From the NCBI GenBank assembly GCA_042408215.1, contig JAYFMW010000005.1, forward strand, positions 544,001 to 608,000: DNA of 64,000 nt. Reading direction: 5' to 3'. Shown one piece after another: positions 34,193-45,116 of this stretch; the first letter of the stretch is position 1; each line of letters begins with the position of its first letter. The stretch is from Microcoleus sp. GTDB taxonomy: Bacteria; Cyanobacteriota; Cyanobacteriia; Cyanobacteriales; Microcoleaceae. The notes below the pieces were generated by a model that was not told where the DNA came from, made no database searches, and saw only the letters and a list, made by a program, of their open reading frames with translations. A program made the translations under genes and the position numbers.

Positions 34193-36292
34193 ATGTCCGC
34201 CCTCTATACAACCCCTACCGTGACAGCCTTTCCCTTAACAGCCGTTGTCGGCCAAGAAGCCATTAAACTAGCCCTGCTCTTAGCAGCAGTCGATCCCGGA
34301 CTGGGAGGAGTTGCGATCGCAGGTCGTCGCGGCACCGCAAAATCAGTCATGGCCCGCGCCTTGCATTCCCTCCTGCCGCCCATTGAAGTTGTTAAAGGCT
34401 CTTTCTGCAACGCCAACCCTGAAGAACTGCTGGTGGAACAAGCATCTGGCCTGTTAGCAGAAAATAGCGGACAAGAGCCAGACATCACAAATACCAATCT
34501 CACCACCGAAATAATTCCCACACCCTTCCTCCAAATTCCCTTGGGTGTCACCGAAGACAGACTCTTAGGTTCAGTCGATGTCGAAAAATCAGTAAAATTA
34601 GGCCAAACCGTCTTTCAACCAGGACTGCTAGCTCAAGCAAATCGAGGCGTACTTTATGTAGACGAAATCAACCTCCTAGATGACAATATTTCCAACCAAT
34701 TGCTAACAGTATTAACAGAAGGACGAAATCAAATAGAGCGCGAAGGCATCAGCTTTCAACACCCATGCAAACCCCTATTTATTGCCACCTATAACCCCGA
34801 AGAAGGGCCGCTCAGAGAACATTTACTAGACAGAATTGCGATCGTACTTTCCGCCGACGCCGTACTCGAACTAGAACAAAGAGTCCAAGCCGTAGACCAA
34901 GCCCTATCCTACTCCAACTCCCCCCAAGAATTTCTCAACCAATACGCAGAAGACACCGACAACCTCAAAACCCAAATCATCCTAGCCAGAGAATGGCTCA
35001 AAGATGTCACCATCAAACGCGAACAAATTAGCTACCTAGTAGAAGAAGCCATCCGCGGCGCTGTTCAAGGACACCGCGCCGAAATATTCGCAGTGCGAGT
35101 CGCCAAAGCCTGCGCCGCCATCGAAGGACGCACAGAAGTCAACGCCGAAGACTTGCGCCGCGCCGTAGAATTAGTCATAGTACCCCGCGCCACCATCATC
35201 CAATCTCCCCCAGACGAAAACACTCCTCCTCCTCCCCCCCCACCGCCTCCCCAAACCAACTCAGAACAAGAACAAGAAGACGAACAACAAGACGAAGCAG
35301 AAGACGAAGATGAAGACAAAGACAAAGAAAACGAACCTCCAGAAGAACAAGAGGAGAATAGTATTCCCGAAGAATTTATCTTCGACCCCGAAGGAGTAAT
35401 TCTCGACCCCAGCGTCCTTTTCTTCACCCAAAACGCCAGCCGCCAAGGCAAATCGGGAAGCCGTAGCATCATTTTTTCAGAAGATAGAGGCCGTTACATC
35501 AAGCCAGTATTGCCCAAAGGCCCCGTCCGCCGCATCGCTGTTGACGCGACACTCAGAGCCGCCGCACCCTATCAAAAAGCCCGTCGCGACAGGAATCCTC
35601 AACCCCAAAGCATGGAGGGACAGGGGGAAGGGAAGCGCCGCGTATTTGTCGAACAGGGAGACATTCGGGCGAAGCGACTAGCCAGAAAAGCTGGAGCTTT
35701 AGTCGTATTTGTCGTCGATGCTTCCGGCTCGATGGCCCTCAACCGGATGCAGTCGGCCAAAGGTGCTGTGATGCAGCTACTCACAGAAGCCTACCAAAGC
35801 CGCGACCAAGTTGCTCTGATTCCCTTTCGCGGAGAACAAGCAGAAGTGCTGCTACCGCCAACTCGCTCCATCGCCCTAGCCCGCAAGCGTTTGGAAAGAC
35901 TACCCTGCGGTGGCGGTTCCCCCCTAGCTCACGGTTTGACGCAAGCCGTGCGGGTGGGAGTCAACGCGCGACAATCTGGAGATATCGGTCAAGTGGCCAT
36001 TGTCGCCATTACCGACGGGCGCGGGAATATTCCTCTGGCTCGTTCCTTGGGTGAACCCATTTTAGATGGAGAAAAGCCAGATATTAAGGGCGAATTGTTA
36101 GAAATTGCTGCCAAAATTCGTGGGCTGGGAATGCAATTGCTGGTGATAGATACGGAGAGTAAATTTATTTCTACTGGGTTTGCTAAGGAATTAGCCAAGA
36201 CTTCTGGGGGGAAATACTATCATTTGCCCAAAGCTACCGAACAGGCGATCGCAGCCATGACAAAAAATGCCCTCCGCGACGCCATCGGCTAA
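34193..36292 (+). CDS. chlD: Magnesium chelatase subunit D
   Basis: [11 protein letters not shown] domain, poly-Pro/acidic linker, vWA DASGSM motif. Confidence 0.97.
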   Translation: MSALYTTPTVTAFPLTAVVGQEAIKLALLLAAVDPGLGGVAIAGRRGTAKSVMARALHSLLPPIEVVKGSFCNANPEELLVEQASGLLAENSGQEPDITNTNLTTEIIPTPFLQIPLGVTEDRLLGSVDVEKSVKLGQTVFQPGLLAQANRGVLYVDEINLLDDNISNQLLTVLTEGRNQIEREGISFQHPCKPLFIATYNPEEGPLREHLLDRIAIVLSADAVLELEQRVQAVDQALSYSNSPQEFLNQYAEDTDNLKTQIILAREWLKDVTIKREQISYLVEEAIRGAVQGHRAEIFAVRVAKACAAIEGRTEVNAEDLRRAVELVIVPRATIIQSPPDENTPPPPPPPPPQTNSEQEQEDEQQDEAEDEDEDKDKENEPPEEQEENSIPEEFIFDPEGVILDPSVLFFTQNASRQGKSGSRSIIFSEDRGRYIKPVLPKGPVRRIAVDATLRAAAPYQKARRDRNPQPQSMEGQGEGKRRVFVEQGDIRAKRLARKAGALVVFVVDASGSMALNRMQSAKGAVMQLLTEAYQSRDQVALIPFRGEQAEVLLPPTRSIALARKRLERLPCGGGSPLAHGLTQAVRVGVNARQSGDIGQVAIVAITDGRGNIPLARSLGEPILDGEKPDIKGELLEIAAKIRGLGMQLLVIDTESKFISTGFAKELAKTSGGKYYHLPKATEQAIAAMTKNALRDAIG

Positions 36293-36384
36293 AATTCTGA
36301 GATCCCCATTTATCCGCATTTATCCGTGTTTACCCGCGTTTATCTGCGGTTAAACAATCAAAAATTAGACTTTTTGCAAAAAGT

Positions 36385-36708
36385 CTAATTTTTCAATCGG
36401 CGCCGAGTTGTCACCACCAGCGAACTCGCAACTAAACCCAGCCCCCCCAGCATTGAAGGCTCAGGGATTTTCACAGGAAGAGGAGCCGGGCTTGCTGTTC
36501 CCGCATTCGGGTCATAGCAACTTCTACATGGGCTAGATTGAACAACCTGAGCCAGCAGCAAGTTTTCGGAAACCGACGATTTGGAAACCATTGAAACTGC
36601 TGAGAAATTGCCAGCAACTGCTGATTTGCCTCCGCATACAACAGTTGCTAAAGCCAAGACAATTCCGGCCGTAGGTGTCAAAAAAATCTTAGGAAAAAAG
36701 GTGGGCAT
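36385..36708 (-). CDS. Small PEP-CTERM sorting-domain protein
   Basis: Signal-like N-terminus; C-terminal IPEPSMLGGLGLV...RRR. Confidence 0.85.
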   Translation of the reverse strand: MPTFFPKIFLTPTAGIVLALATVVCGGKSAVAGNFSAVSMVSKSSVSENLLLAQVVQSSPCRSCYDPNAGTASPAPLPVKIPEPSMLGGLGLVASSLVVTTRRRLKN

Positions 36709-37081
36709 TAGATATTACCTGTTTGGTATTTTGTCGATCGTAGCTCAATCTCTTAATCGTGAATTGTCTCGGCATCTCTTGTCTGAGCTACCTTAGCTAC
36801 TGACCTGAATCTGCAATTCTATCGACCTTGACTTTACCCTGTTGGCTTCAGCTAAATAATAGCCGGGGGGTGTTAGACAATCCTATGCAACCCTGCTGCT
36901 CTCGACAAGGCAGCGAGACCCCAAACTCTATGCTGTCGATTATAATCTATCATTGCCAGCCTTTTAGTGATTTGATCCCCATTTTCGAGCAAATCTTTAA
37001 ACTATGAGCGAGTTTTGCAAACAAACTGTAAAACTGTCAAAATATAGATAGCAATTCTCAGCCAAAATTAGGGGAATCATC

Positions 37082-37810
37082 GTGAGTAACACTTCCAACT
37101 TTCGAGAAGCCTGGGGCGAAGCCAAAAACCAGGCGCTGGTAGGCCCTAACGTCATCGCCAACGCCCTCCCCTTTGTCGGCGGTGGGCTGGTCTTAACTGC
37201 GGTAGGCACCTACGGCGGCCTCGGAGTGATCCGCAGCTATCCCGGAATCTTCTTTCCCACATTCATCGCTGCGATCGTCCTAGAATTAATTCTATTCTTT
37301 GTCGCACGCGGTGCCGCCGAACAAGGCAACAAAAATACCGCCTTACCGCTTCTGGCTACCTACAGCCTGCTATCCGGCTACACCCTCAGCGGATTAGTCT
37401 TTGTGGCCCTCAGAACCCAAGGCGTGGGCATCTCCGGCATCGGTTTTGCAGCCCTCGGCTGCGGCATTACCTTCATCGCCGCCCGCCAAATCGGCTCCAA
37501 CTTGTCCGAAACAGACGGCATGGCCCTCACCAAAACTATCAGTTTAGGTGTCATTGCTTTGTTAGTCGTCGTTGGCGGTCAATTTCTGCTATCTCTATTT
37601 GGTGTCTACACGCCAACTTGGTTGGAAATTGGCATTTCTGGCATCGGTGTATTTCTGTTTGCCGGCGCTGCAATTGTCGATTTTTACATTCTGCCGCGCA
37701 GCTACCGCGATGACCAGTATTTGCCCGCTGCTTTGTCGATGTATCTTACTTACATCAACTTGTTTATTTTCATTCTGCGACTGCTGATTGCGATTAACAG
37801 CCGGGATTAA
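37082..37810 (+). CDS. Bax inhibitor-1/YccA family membrane protein
   Basis: About 7 TM segments; C-terminal AALSMYLTYINLFIFILRLL. Confidence 0.9.
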   Translation: MSNTSNFREAWGEAKNQALVGPNVIANALPFVGGGLVLTAVGTYGGLGVIRSYPGIFFPTFIAAIVLELILFFVARGAAEQGNKNTALPLLATYSLLSGYTLSGLVFVALRTQGVGISGIGFAALGCGITFIAARQIGSNLSETDGMALTKTISLGVIALLVVVGGQFLLSLFGVYTPTWLEIGISGIGVFLFAGAAIVDFYILPRSYRDDQYLPAALSMYLTYINLFIFILRLLIAINSRD

Positions 37811-37825
37811 TTACAACTGTAGGCT

Positions 37826-37860
37826 AAAAACCGCGGCTCGATCGAGCTGCGGTTTTTTAT
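37826..37860 (+). terminator. Rho-independent terminator
   Basis: aaaaaccgcggctcgatcgagctgcggttttttat hairpin followed by a T run. Confidence 0.8.
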
Positions 37861-38137
37861 TTTTACAGTCCTGGACGCAACTTTTCAAGTTTTACACTAT
37901 CTGTAGTGGTAAGGTGCGCATTGCCCACCCTACAAGTAGAGTCTGTGCGTAAGTCTTATTTTATTAAGTTTAGGAACTAAGATAGCTATCATCGCGTCTC
38001 GTTTCAGAATTCATAAAAAATTAATTGGAGAACACTAATGTACTTAAAATATGATGGAGGATATTGAGAGAATTTTCCAAAAATAGTTTTGCTCTCAGTT
38101 CGATTTGGTATATATGTGCGGCAATTATGGGGATGCT

Positions 38138-38380
38138 GTCAACCACCCACCACTAATCGGAGTACCGATCTAGTGGGGGCTTGAAATTCGCCAAGTTGAC
38201 CAGTCTAAGTGGTTCGCCCACTACGTTTAAGGTAAGCGTTAAAGTACCTACCAGAAAATGCGTGCTAGTTTTCTGCTCTAGAAATTAAAAGTTAAACAGG
38301 TGTAAGGGTTAAGCCAGTGCTTTTAATATAGTTACCGACCTTAAACATTGACGAAGCAAACATTACCCCGTAAGGGAGGA
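38138..38380 (+). ncRNA. IscB omega-RNA (HEARO-like) scaffold; guide is the 5' flank ~38120-38137
   Basis: GTCAAC...GTTGACCAG, CTACGTT, AATGC..GCTAGTT, GTTAAACAG and ACATTGACGAAGCAAACATTACC motifs directly upstream of iscB. Confidence 0.85.
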
Positions 38381-38385
38381 CTTAA

Positions 38386-39653
38386 ATGTCTAATTTTGTT
38401 TTTGTACTTGATACCCACAAACGACCGCTCAATCCAATTCGGGATTGGCTCGTAAATTGCTAAACAATGGCAAAGCTGCTGTGTTTAAAAGGTATCCGTT
38501 CACGCTAATTCTGAAAGTAGAGGTGACAGCAACCCAAAAATCAATCACTCTTAAAATAGACCCAGGCTCTAAGACTACGGAAATCGCATTAGTGCAAGGA
38601 GAGAACGTCATTTTTGGTGCAGAATTAACTCACCGAGGTCAAACAATCAAAGCCAGTTTGGAGTCTCGCCGTTCATTGCGTAGAGGTAGGAGAAATCGTC
38701 ACACTCGTTATCGTCAAGCGAGGTTTTTCAATCGCACCCGACAAAAGGGTTGGTTAGCACCATCCTTACAACATCGAGTAGAAACAACCCTAACTTGGGT
38801 TAAGAAATTTATCCGACTCGCACCCATTGGTTCAATTGTTCAAGAATTAGTAAGATTTGACTTACAACAACTATAAAATCCCGAAATATCAGGCGTTGAA
38901 TATCAGCAAGGAGAATTAGCTGGCTACGAAGTTCGGGAATATCTATTGAACAAATGGGACAGGAAATGCGCTTATTGCGGTGTTGAAAATGTACCTTTGC
39001 AAATTGAACATATTCATCCCAAAGCTAAAGGTGGCAGCGATCGCATTTCTAACCTTTGCCTTGCTTGTGAAAGATGTAATAAAAAGAAAGGAACTCAAGG
39101 TATTGAGCAATTCCTCTCTAAAAAGCCAGATATTTTGAAGCGGATTCTATCTCAAGCTCATCGTCCTCTAAAAGACGCGACAGCAGTCAATTCAACTCGT
39201 TGGGCATTATTTAATCGACTCCGTATGACTGGCTTACCAGTTTCTACTGGCAGTGGTGGCCTAACAAAGTTCAACCGCACTCGATTGAATTTAGCTAAAA
39301 CTCATTGGTTAGATGCAGCTTGTGTTGGGAATGTTGATTCGTTGGAAATCCTGACAAACAAGCCATTGTTAATTAAAGCGACTGGACATGGGACAGGTCA
39401 AATGTGTCGTACCGACAAGTTTGGATTTCCATCTCGCTATGTTCCCAGATTTAAATTTGTCAAAGGTTTTCAAACGGGGGATATCGTTAAAGCGATTGTA
39501 ACCTCCGGCAATAAAATTGGTAAATACGTTGGACGTGTTGCCGTAAGAACGAGTGGTTCATTCAATATTTCCGCATCCGAATTGGTATCGGGAATTAGTC
39601 ACAAATATTGTTCAGTTGTTCACCGAAAGGATGGTTATTCGTATGCAGCATAA
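38386..39653 (+). pseudogene. iscB: IscB RNA-guided nuclease, inactivated
   Basis: PLNP (PLMP-like), KIDPGSK (RuvC-I), RRGRR bridge helix, WLAPSL, CAYCG..EHIHPK..GGS..N (HNH), HWLDAAC. Frameshift at ~38440 and TAA at 38874. Confidence 0.9.
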
Positions 39654-40925
39654 ACCTTGCCCCCCCTTTTCCTCTCGCCACTGACCAGGGTACAGGTACA
39701 GTGGGAGTCTCCAAGGGGGAAGACAGATGACTATCAATATCACAATTAGGGCGATCGAATATTGGGACCGCATGGGAGTTGCTCAAATCGGCTTATACAC
39801 GCTTTGGTAGCGGGCGCAATCCCGACTGGTGACAAGAAGAGACCAAGGCGATGACTGGAGAAAACGATCGCGTAATTTTTAGTATCGACAGCTTGGCTGA
39901 TACTAACAGCGTTTACCGCAACAATACTAACTGGGACAGGATAATGCAGTCGGTTAATTCCTTCATCCAAGCTGGCCCAAAAGCTGTATGGCACTACTTG
40001 ATTTTTGAACACAACCAACATCAAGTAGAATTAGCTCGCGCTTTGGCTGAAGAATTAGGATTTGTCGAGTTTGTACCGAAAGCTACCTCTCGTTTTGTGG
40101 CCAAAGAAATTTATGACAAAGAGTCTGAAATCAACAGCATGACTGAGGCAGAAAAATCTCAGGTAGATGCGGTGAGCGATCGCCCCAACCAACCGGCAAC
40201 AGAAGTCATGCTCTTTTCCCCTCAAAATCAAGCACAGACGGCTGTTGGGTTGCACCAACAAGCGGAGGACTGTTTGAGACAAGGACAGCTCTTTTAGGCG
40301 ATCGCAGCCAGCCAACAAGCCCTAAAAATTCAACGCTTCTCCTTTGGCGATCGCGCACCGCCTAATTTTCCAGGGCTTTTTCAGTGTATTCGCGATCGAC
40401 TATTTGTCGCTGCAATTCCAAGTTGAGGCGGTTTAAGTTTTGCAAGCTGTGCTTGGTCTGAGTGACATTGATCGAGCAGTAATTTGTCTCTTCGGCGGGT
40501 AGTTGTTGGTTGAAGTTTGAGCTGGAGAAGTGGCAATTAAGCGGGATTTGAAAGTTAGCGGAGTTTGGTGCTTGGTGTTCGACCGACTGTCTCTAAGTTT
40601 TTGTAATTCAAATCGACTTCTAATTGAGTCTCTCAAATTGACTCTTTTGCCAATAAATTCGGAATATTTATCAATGTTAAATTTGTCAGAAATTCGATCT
40701 AATTTGAGCGATAGTTGCTCATTTTCCGGGGGTAATTGCTCCCGATTCCTCCTTAAGCAGATTTAGCAATTAGGCGAGTTATTGCAACGGTCGAGGCGAT
40801 CGGCACGAGTTGCAAGGAAGCATCTCAAATTCTTGCAACACCGCCCGCTTTGTGCGTCCAGGACTGTTTCTGTGCGGTATTTGGTGGTGAGCGCGATCGG
40901 ATTTTTTGGGAGAAATCGGTTTTTT

Positions 40926-42056
40926 TCAATCCCACAACCGCCGCCCTGATTTGCCGCCTAGTCGCTGGTGAGTATCTTTCAGCAGGGTTGGGATGTCTAA
41001 CTTTTCGGGACACCGGGGTAAACATTCGCCGCAATCGGTGCAGCGATTGCCTTTTGTGCCCGGAAACCAATGTCCGGCATTTTCAAACATGGCGTAGCGG
41101 TATTTGCCAAAGTCTGTCATGTCGCAGCCGACGGCGAGATTGCGGAGTCGCAATATTTCGGGAATGTTGATGTTTTCTGGGCAGGGTAAACAGGCATAGC
41201 ATTGGCTGCATTTGTCTGTTTCTAAACGGGATGTCATACCAGATTCTATGCGATCGAATGCAGCGATTTCGTCGGGTGTGAGGGGAAAGTCGCGATCGCA
41301 ATATCTGAGTGGTTCCTCTAATTCCATCGGGTTTGCAGCCCCCACGCTCAAAGTCGTAATCCTAGTATCGCTCAATAAAAACCGATAGTTCAACTCTAGG
41401 GGCTCCAAAGGCTGACACATTTGTTTCAGGGTTTCGGGTGGCGTGTAGAGTTGCCCGCCTTTGTCCGCCGGGGAAATAATAAAAACGCCCAGATCTTTTT
41501 GGCTGGCTAGTTCAATAGCCGGGGCGTTGCGCTGAAAAAAATAGTAATAATGCAGATTGACAAATTCAAAAAAATCTGTATTGATAGCTGCCAAAATTAG
41601 CTCCAATGGGCCATGAGTGGAGAAGCCGACGTGCCGAATTCTGCGATCGGCAACAGCTTTTTGGACTGATTTCATGCAGCCTGTTTCTGCTTGAATAATC
41701 CCAAGCTGTTCCCAAGTATTCAAACCGTGAATTGCCAGACAGTCGATATAGTCTAAATTCAGGCGTTTTAGTGACCGATCGATGGAGCGATCCATTGCAG
41801 CAGCATCGGGAGTTGGGGCAATTTTCGTGGTGACGTACAGGCGCGATCGATCCACAGCCAACCCAGCCGACAGGGCTGCGCCGAGATATTCCTCGCTGCA
41901 ACCATAACCAGAGGCCGTTTCTAGGTGATTGATTCCCAGAGACACAGCCTGCTGTACAGTCTGGCAGGCTGTTTCCTCAGAATCCAAATAGCGCATAGTT
42001 CCCAAGGAAAACACGGACTGATTTAGGTTGGTTTTGCCAAACCTTCGATAGCGCAT
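40926..42056 (-). CDS. Aldo/keto reductase with C-terminal Fe-S domain
   Basis: MRYRRFGKT, LGTMR, HVGFSTHG, and two CxxCxxCxxCP clusters. Confidence 0.92.
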   Translation of the reverse strand: MRYRRFGKTNLNQSVFSLGTMRYLDSEETACQTVQQAVSLGINHLETASGYGCSEEYLGAALSAGLAVDRSRLYVTTKIAPTPDAAAMDRSIDRSLKRLNLDYIDCLAIHGLNTWEQLGIIQAETGCMKSVQKAVADRRIRHVGFSTHGPLELILAAINTDFFEFVNLHYYYFFQRNAPAIELASQKDLGVFIISPADKGGQLYTPPETLKQMCQPLEPLELNYRFLLSDTRITTLSVGAANPMELEEPLRYCDRDFPLTPDEIAAFDRIESGMTSRLETDKCSQCYACLPCPENINIPEILRLRNLAVGCDMTDFGKYRYAMFENAGHWFPGTKGNRCTDCGECLPRCPEKLDIPTLLKDTHQRLGGKSGRRLWD

Positions 42057-42194
42057 ATAGCAGATGTTGAAGGAAGAAGTCGATGCGATCGGGTAATAAA
42101 ATCAATGGGTTTCAGCAATTAAAAACATCCTAACTGCCGATCGTCGGGTTGCTATAAATAGCTTAGTTAACTTTCACTCGCACTTCGACTACGC

Positions 42195-42704
42195 TCAGTG
42201 ACCGGCTTCGTCTGGACTGAAGCCACCTCTTTTAATCAAATCCTCTGGACGTAGGTTTGAGATAAATTCCCGGAAAGCTCTGCGTTCGGCCTCATCAGCA
42301 TCTCGATCGACCGGTATGGAAGCGTCAGCTACGACTTCTTCCATCACCCAGATGGGGCAGTTCGTCCGCAGGGCCAGGGCGATCGCGTCACTGGGCCGGG
42401 CATCGATTTCTTTTTTAACTTCTCCTTGGCGGACGATCAGCACGGCATAGAAAGTGTTATCTTGCAGCGAGTGAATAACTATTCGCTCCAAGGTGACATT
42501 CCAGGCCTCTAAGAAATTGACCATTAAATCGTGAGTTAAAGGTCGAGGAGGCTTCTGGCCTTCCAAAGCGCCGATAATAGCTTTTGCCTGCTCCTGACCG
42601 ATGTAAATAGGCAAAGCACGTCGCTCTGTAGCGTCTCTCAATAAGACAATAGGACTGCGCGTGGCTGCATCTAAAGCAATTCCAGCGACTTTCATTTCAA
42701 TCAT
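42195..42704 (-). CDS. Bifunctional nuclease family protein (DUF151)
   Basis: LPIYIG..QA, RPLTHDL and DARPSDAIALA motifs. Confidence 0.93.
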   Translation of the reverse strand: MIEMKVAGIALDAATRSPIVLLRDATERRALPIYIGQEQAKAIIGALEGQKPPRPLTHDLMVNFLEAWNVTLERIVIHSLQDNTFYAVLIVRQGEVKKEIDARPSDAIALALRTNCPIWVMEEVVADASIPVDRDADEAERRAFREFISNLRPEDLIKRGGFSPDEAGH

Positions 42705-42925
42705 TCGATCGGCCTCATACAATACTGTAAGGCGGTGGAGAACTTAGACATAAACATGACCTAAATCCAGTATGCCTCTATCTTCGCCTGAATCTACAAA
42801 GATCGGGGTCAAAATAATCTCCTGTAAGAGGTAAGACGGCAAGGATCACAAGGGAGCTCCTAAGTCTGGCTGATTTTTGCCCGTGATTTGATGTCAATCT
42901 GCGATCGAAATACTAGAAAATACCG

Positions 42926-43643
42926 ATGTTTACAGGACTAATTCAATCTCTGGGAAAGCTCAAGTCGATCGGAAACGACCGTTTTCAGATTTCCTGTACC
43001 TCAAGCAACTCACACCTGATTTTACAAGATTTGGCGATCGGCGACAGTGTAGCGGTAGATGGCGTGTGTTTAACAGTAGTGTCCGTTTTGCCGCAGGGTT
43101 TTGTCGCCATCGCTTCCCCCGAAACCCTGCGCCGCACGAATCTCGGAGCATTCCCCGATGCTTCAGTTAACCTAGAAACCTCCCTACGTGCCGGTAGCAA
43201 GTTGGGCGGACATTTTGTTACCGGGCACGTAGATGCGATCGGCACTTTAGCGAGTTCGGACACAAACCGCCAACGCCTGGGAAATGCGGTTTACAGCCCC
43301 AGCAACAGCCAATTCAGGATGGAAACGTCAAATTGCACCTTACCTTGTCCCCAAGGGCAGTATCGCCGTCAACGGCATCAGCCTGACTGTGGCAGATTGC
43401 GATGCTGATGGTAATTGGTTTGAAGTTGCCGTGATTCCCCACAGTTTTGATGAGACAAACCTCCGCTATTTGCAGCCAGGAAGTTTAGTTAATTTAGAAG
43501 CAGATATTCTCGCCAAATACGTCGCAAAATTTCTCCGTAGCGGCGGCTCTAAACAGCATCCAGAACCCTGGGAAGAAACCCCCGAAATTAACAGTTTGGC
43601 AGGCATTACCCCAGAATTTTTAGCAGAACACGGGTTTATTTAA
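42926..43643 (+). CDS. ribE: Riboflavin synthase alpha chain; +1 frameshift near 43255-43265 (possible sequencing error)
   Basis: MFTGLI, GDSVAVDGVCLT and GGHFVTGHVD in one frame; KGSIAVNGISLT and VNLEADILAKY in the next. Confidence 0.88.
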
Positions 43644-43646
43644 TCT

Positions 43647-43832
43647 GATGACTTACGCACCGGCCAAGAAACCTGGTTTTTAATGATTAAACCGCGAATC
43701 CGCCAGCGCTTTCGTCAGAACAGCATCTTCTTCTTTCTCTGACTTCTCTTCCTTCGCGTCATGAGCGCCTTCGCGGTTCATTTAATCTGAGCTGATCCTT
43801 GGCTGTCTCTTCCACCAACTGTGTAAGTCCTG
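43647..43832. mobile_element. MITE-like element with GACTTACGCA-type terminal inverted repeats
   Basis: gacttacgca at 43650 and tgtgtaagtcctg at 43820-43832; related end at ~37945. Confidence 0.55.
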
Positions 43833-43905
43833 ACTGCGAGGAGTGTAAGGTAGAGCCGCCAATCTAGAAAGCAACAAACATTTTGCAAAACCTTGTTAAA
43901 AGCCA

Positions 43906-45057
43906 ATGCAGCCAGATTCTCAAAAATCCCCCAATTTGCCTCTCGTCTCAGTCATTATCCCTGCATACAACGCTGAGCCATTTATTGAAGAAACTCTGAA
44001 ATCTGTTCTCGCTCAAACTTATCCAGCAATTGAAGTTTTAGTAGTCGATGACGGTTCCCAGGATCGAACCCCCGAAATTGTCGAAAAAATTGGCAAAAAA
44101 GATGCTCGCATCCAGCTTCTGAAACAGCCAAATGCTGGAGTCGCTGCTGCTCGAAACTTAGGAATTCAGAAGTCGAGAGGAGAATATATTGCCCCCATTG
44201 ATGCCGATGATATTTGGTATCCTGAAAACATAGAAAAACAAGTTCAATGTATGTTGGAGGGAGGGGAAAAAGTAGGGGTGGTCTATTCGTGGACAGTGGA
44301 CCTGGATGAAAAAGGATTGCTAACAGGAGGATTCCGGTCTTTTGCAATTGAAGGTGACGTGTACGCGACCCTAATCTGCCACAACTTTATAGGAAACGCG
44401 AGTGCTTCTCTGATCCGTCGCAGTTGTTTGGAAAAGGTAGGGGTTTATGACAAGACATTGAAGGAAAGGAATGCTCAAGGCTGTGAAGACTGGGACTTGT
44501 ACCTGCGGATAGCAGAGCTTTATCAATTTCGAGCCGTGGCGGAATTTTCAATTGGCTATCGCAGGATGTATAACACTATGTCTACCAACTATAAGACAAT
44601 GGCGAAGTCTCAATCTTTGATGCTGCAAGCTACCAAGCAAAGGCATCCCGAAATTCCCGATTTCCTGCACCGATTATCTACCAGTAATTTTTTGCTGTAC
44701 TTAGGGCACCAAAGCAGCCGCAACGGCGACGATCGCACCGCGCTCTTTTGGTTATTCCAAGCTTTAAAAACTGAGTGCATCTCACCCTTATCCCGTTCTG
44801 GCTTTTACAGAGTATTGGGAAAGAGCCTTTTCAACCTATTATCCCAGTCTTGGAAACATCAGGATGCTCTAGATACACCTGTGAGAGTAGAAGATACGCC
44901 ATACTCTGAGAACCAAATGCTCAGCCGGGAGGTGTTGGTAAAGATGCGGCGCAAAAAGATCGAATTAATGGTAACGATAGGGAACATTTTTCACCGCTCA
45001 ATTTCCATCCTTGTCAAGCGAAATCAAGCAAATATTGACAGGCTCCCCTTAAGTTAA
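43906..45057 (+). CDS. GT2 family glycosyltransferase
   Basis: SVIIPAYN, VDDGS, DADD and EDWD motifs. Confidence 0.93.
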   Translation: MQPDSQKSPNLPLVSVIIPAYNAEPFIEETLKSVLAQTYPAIEVLVVDDGSQDRTPEIVEKIGKKDARIQLLKQPNAGVAAARNLGIQKSRGEYIAPIDADDIWYPENIEKQVQCMLEGGEKVGVVYSWTVDLDEKGLLTGGFRSFAIEGDVYATLICHNFIGNASASLIRRSCLEKVGVYDKTLKERNAQGCEDWDLYLRIAELYQFRAVAEFSIGYRRMYNTMSTNYKTMAKSQSLMLQATKQRHPEIPDFLHRLSTSNFLLYLGHQSSRNGDDRTALFWLFQALKTECISPLSRSGFYRVLGKSLFNLLSQSWKHQDALDTPVRVEDTPYSENQMLSREVLVKMRRKKIELMVTIGNIFHRSISILVKRNQANIDRLPLS

Positions 45058-45116
45058 CATTAGCGCCACGCCATCGGCCAAGGCAGATTTGTCTTAATGC
45101 AACACCCTGATATATT

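Larger units (their letters stand above)
38138..39726 (+). mobile_element. IS200/IS605-superfamily IscB transposon (no tnpA)
   Basis: Begins GTCAACCACC; omega-RNA plus iscB; hairpin right end immediately followed by ATGAC. Confidence 0.85.
38038..40330 (+). pseudogene. Radical-SAM-like gene remnant split by the IscB element
   Basis: YMCGNYGDA on the left rejoins MTINITIRAIEY on the right, then VIFSIDSL.DTN..YR.NTNW...W.YLIFEHNQHQVE and a TPR-like tail; multiple stops. Confidence 0.6.

Noticed and set aside
36780..36930. Possible riboswitch upstream of the PEP-CTERM gene
   Set aside because: Some hairpins are present, but I could not match c-di-AMP or c-di-GMP consensus motifs by eye.
40340..40790. 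Minus-strand fragment resembling a sensor coiled coil (LNLELQRQIVDREYTEKALE)
   Set aside because: Too degenerate and fragmented to assign.
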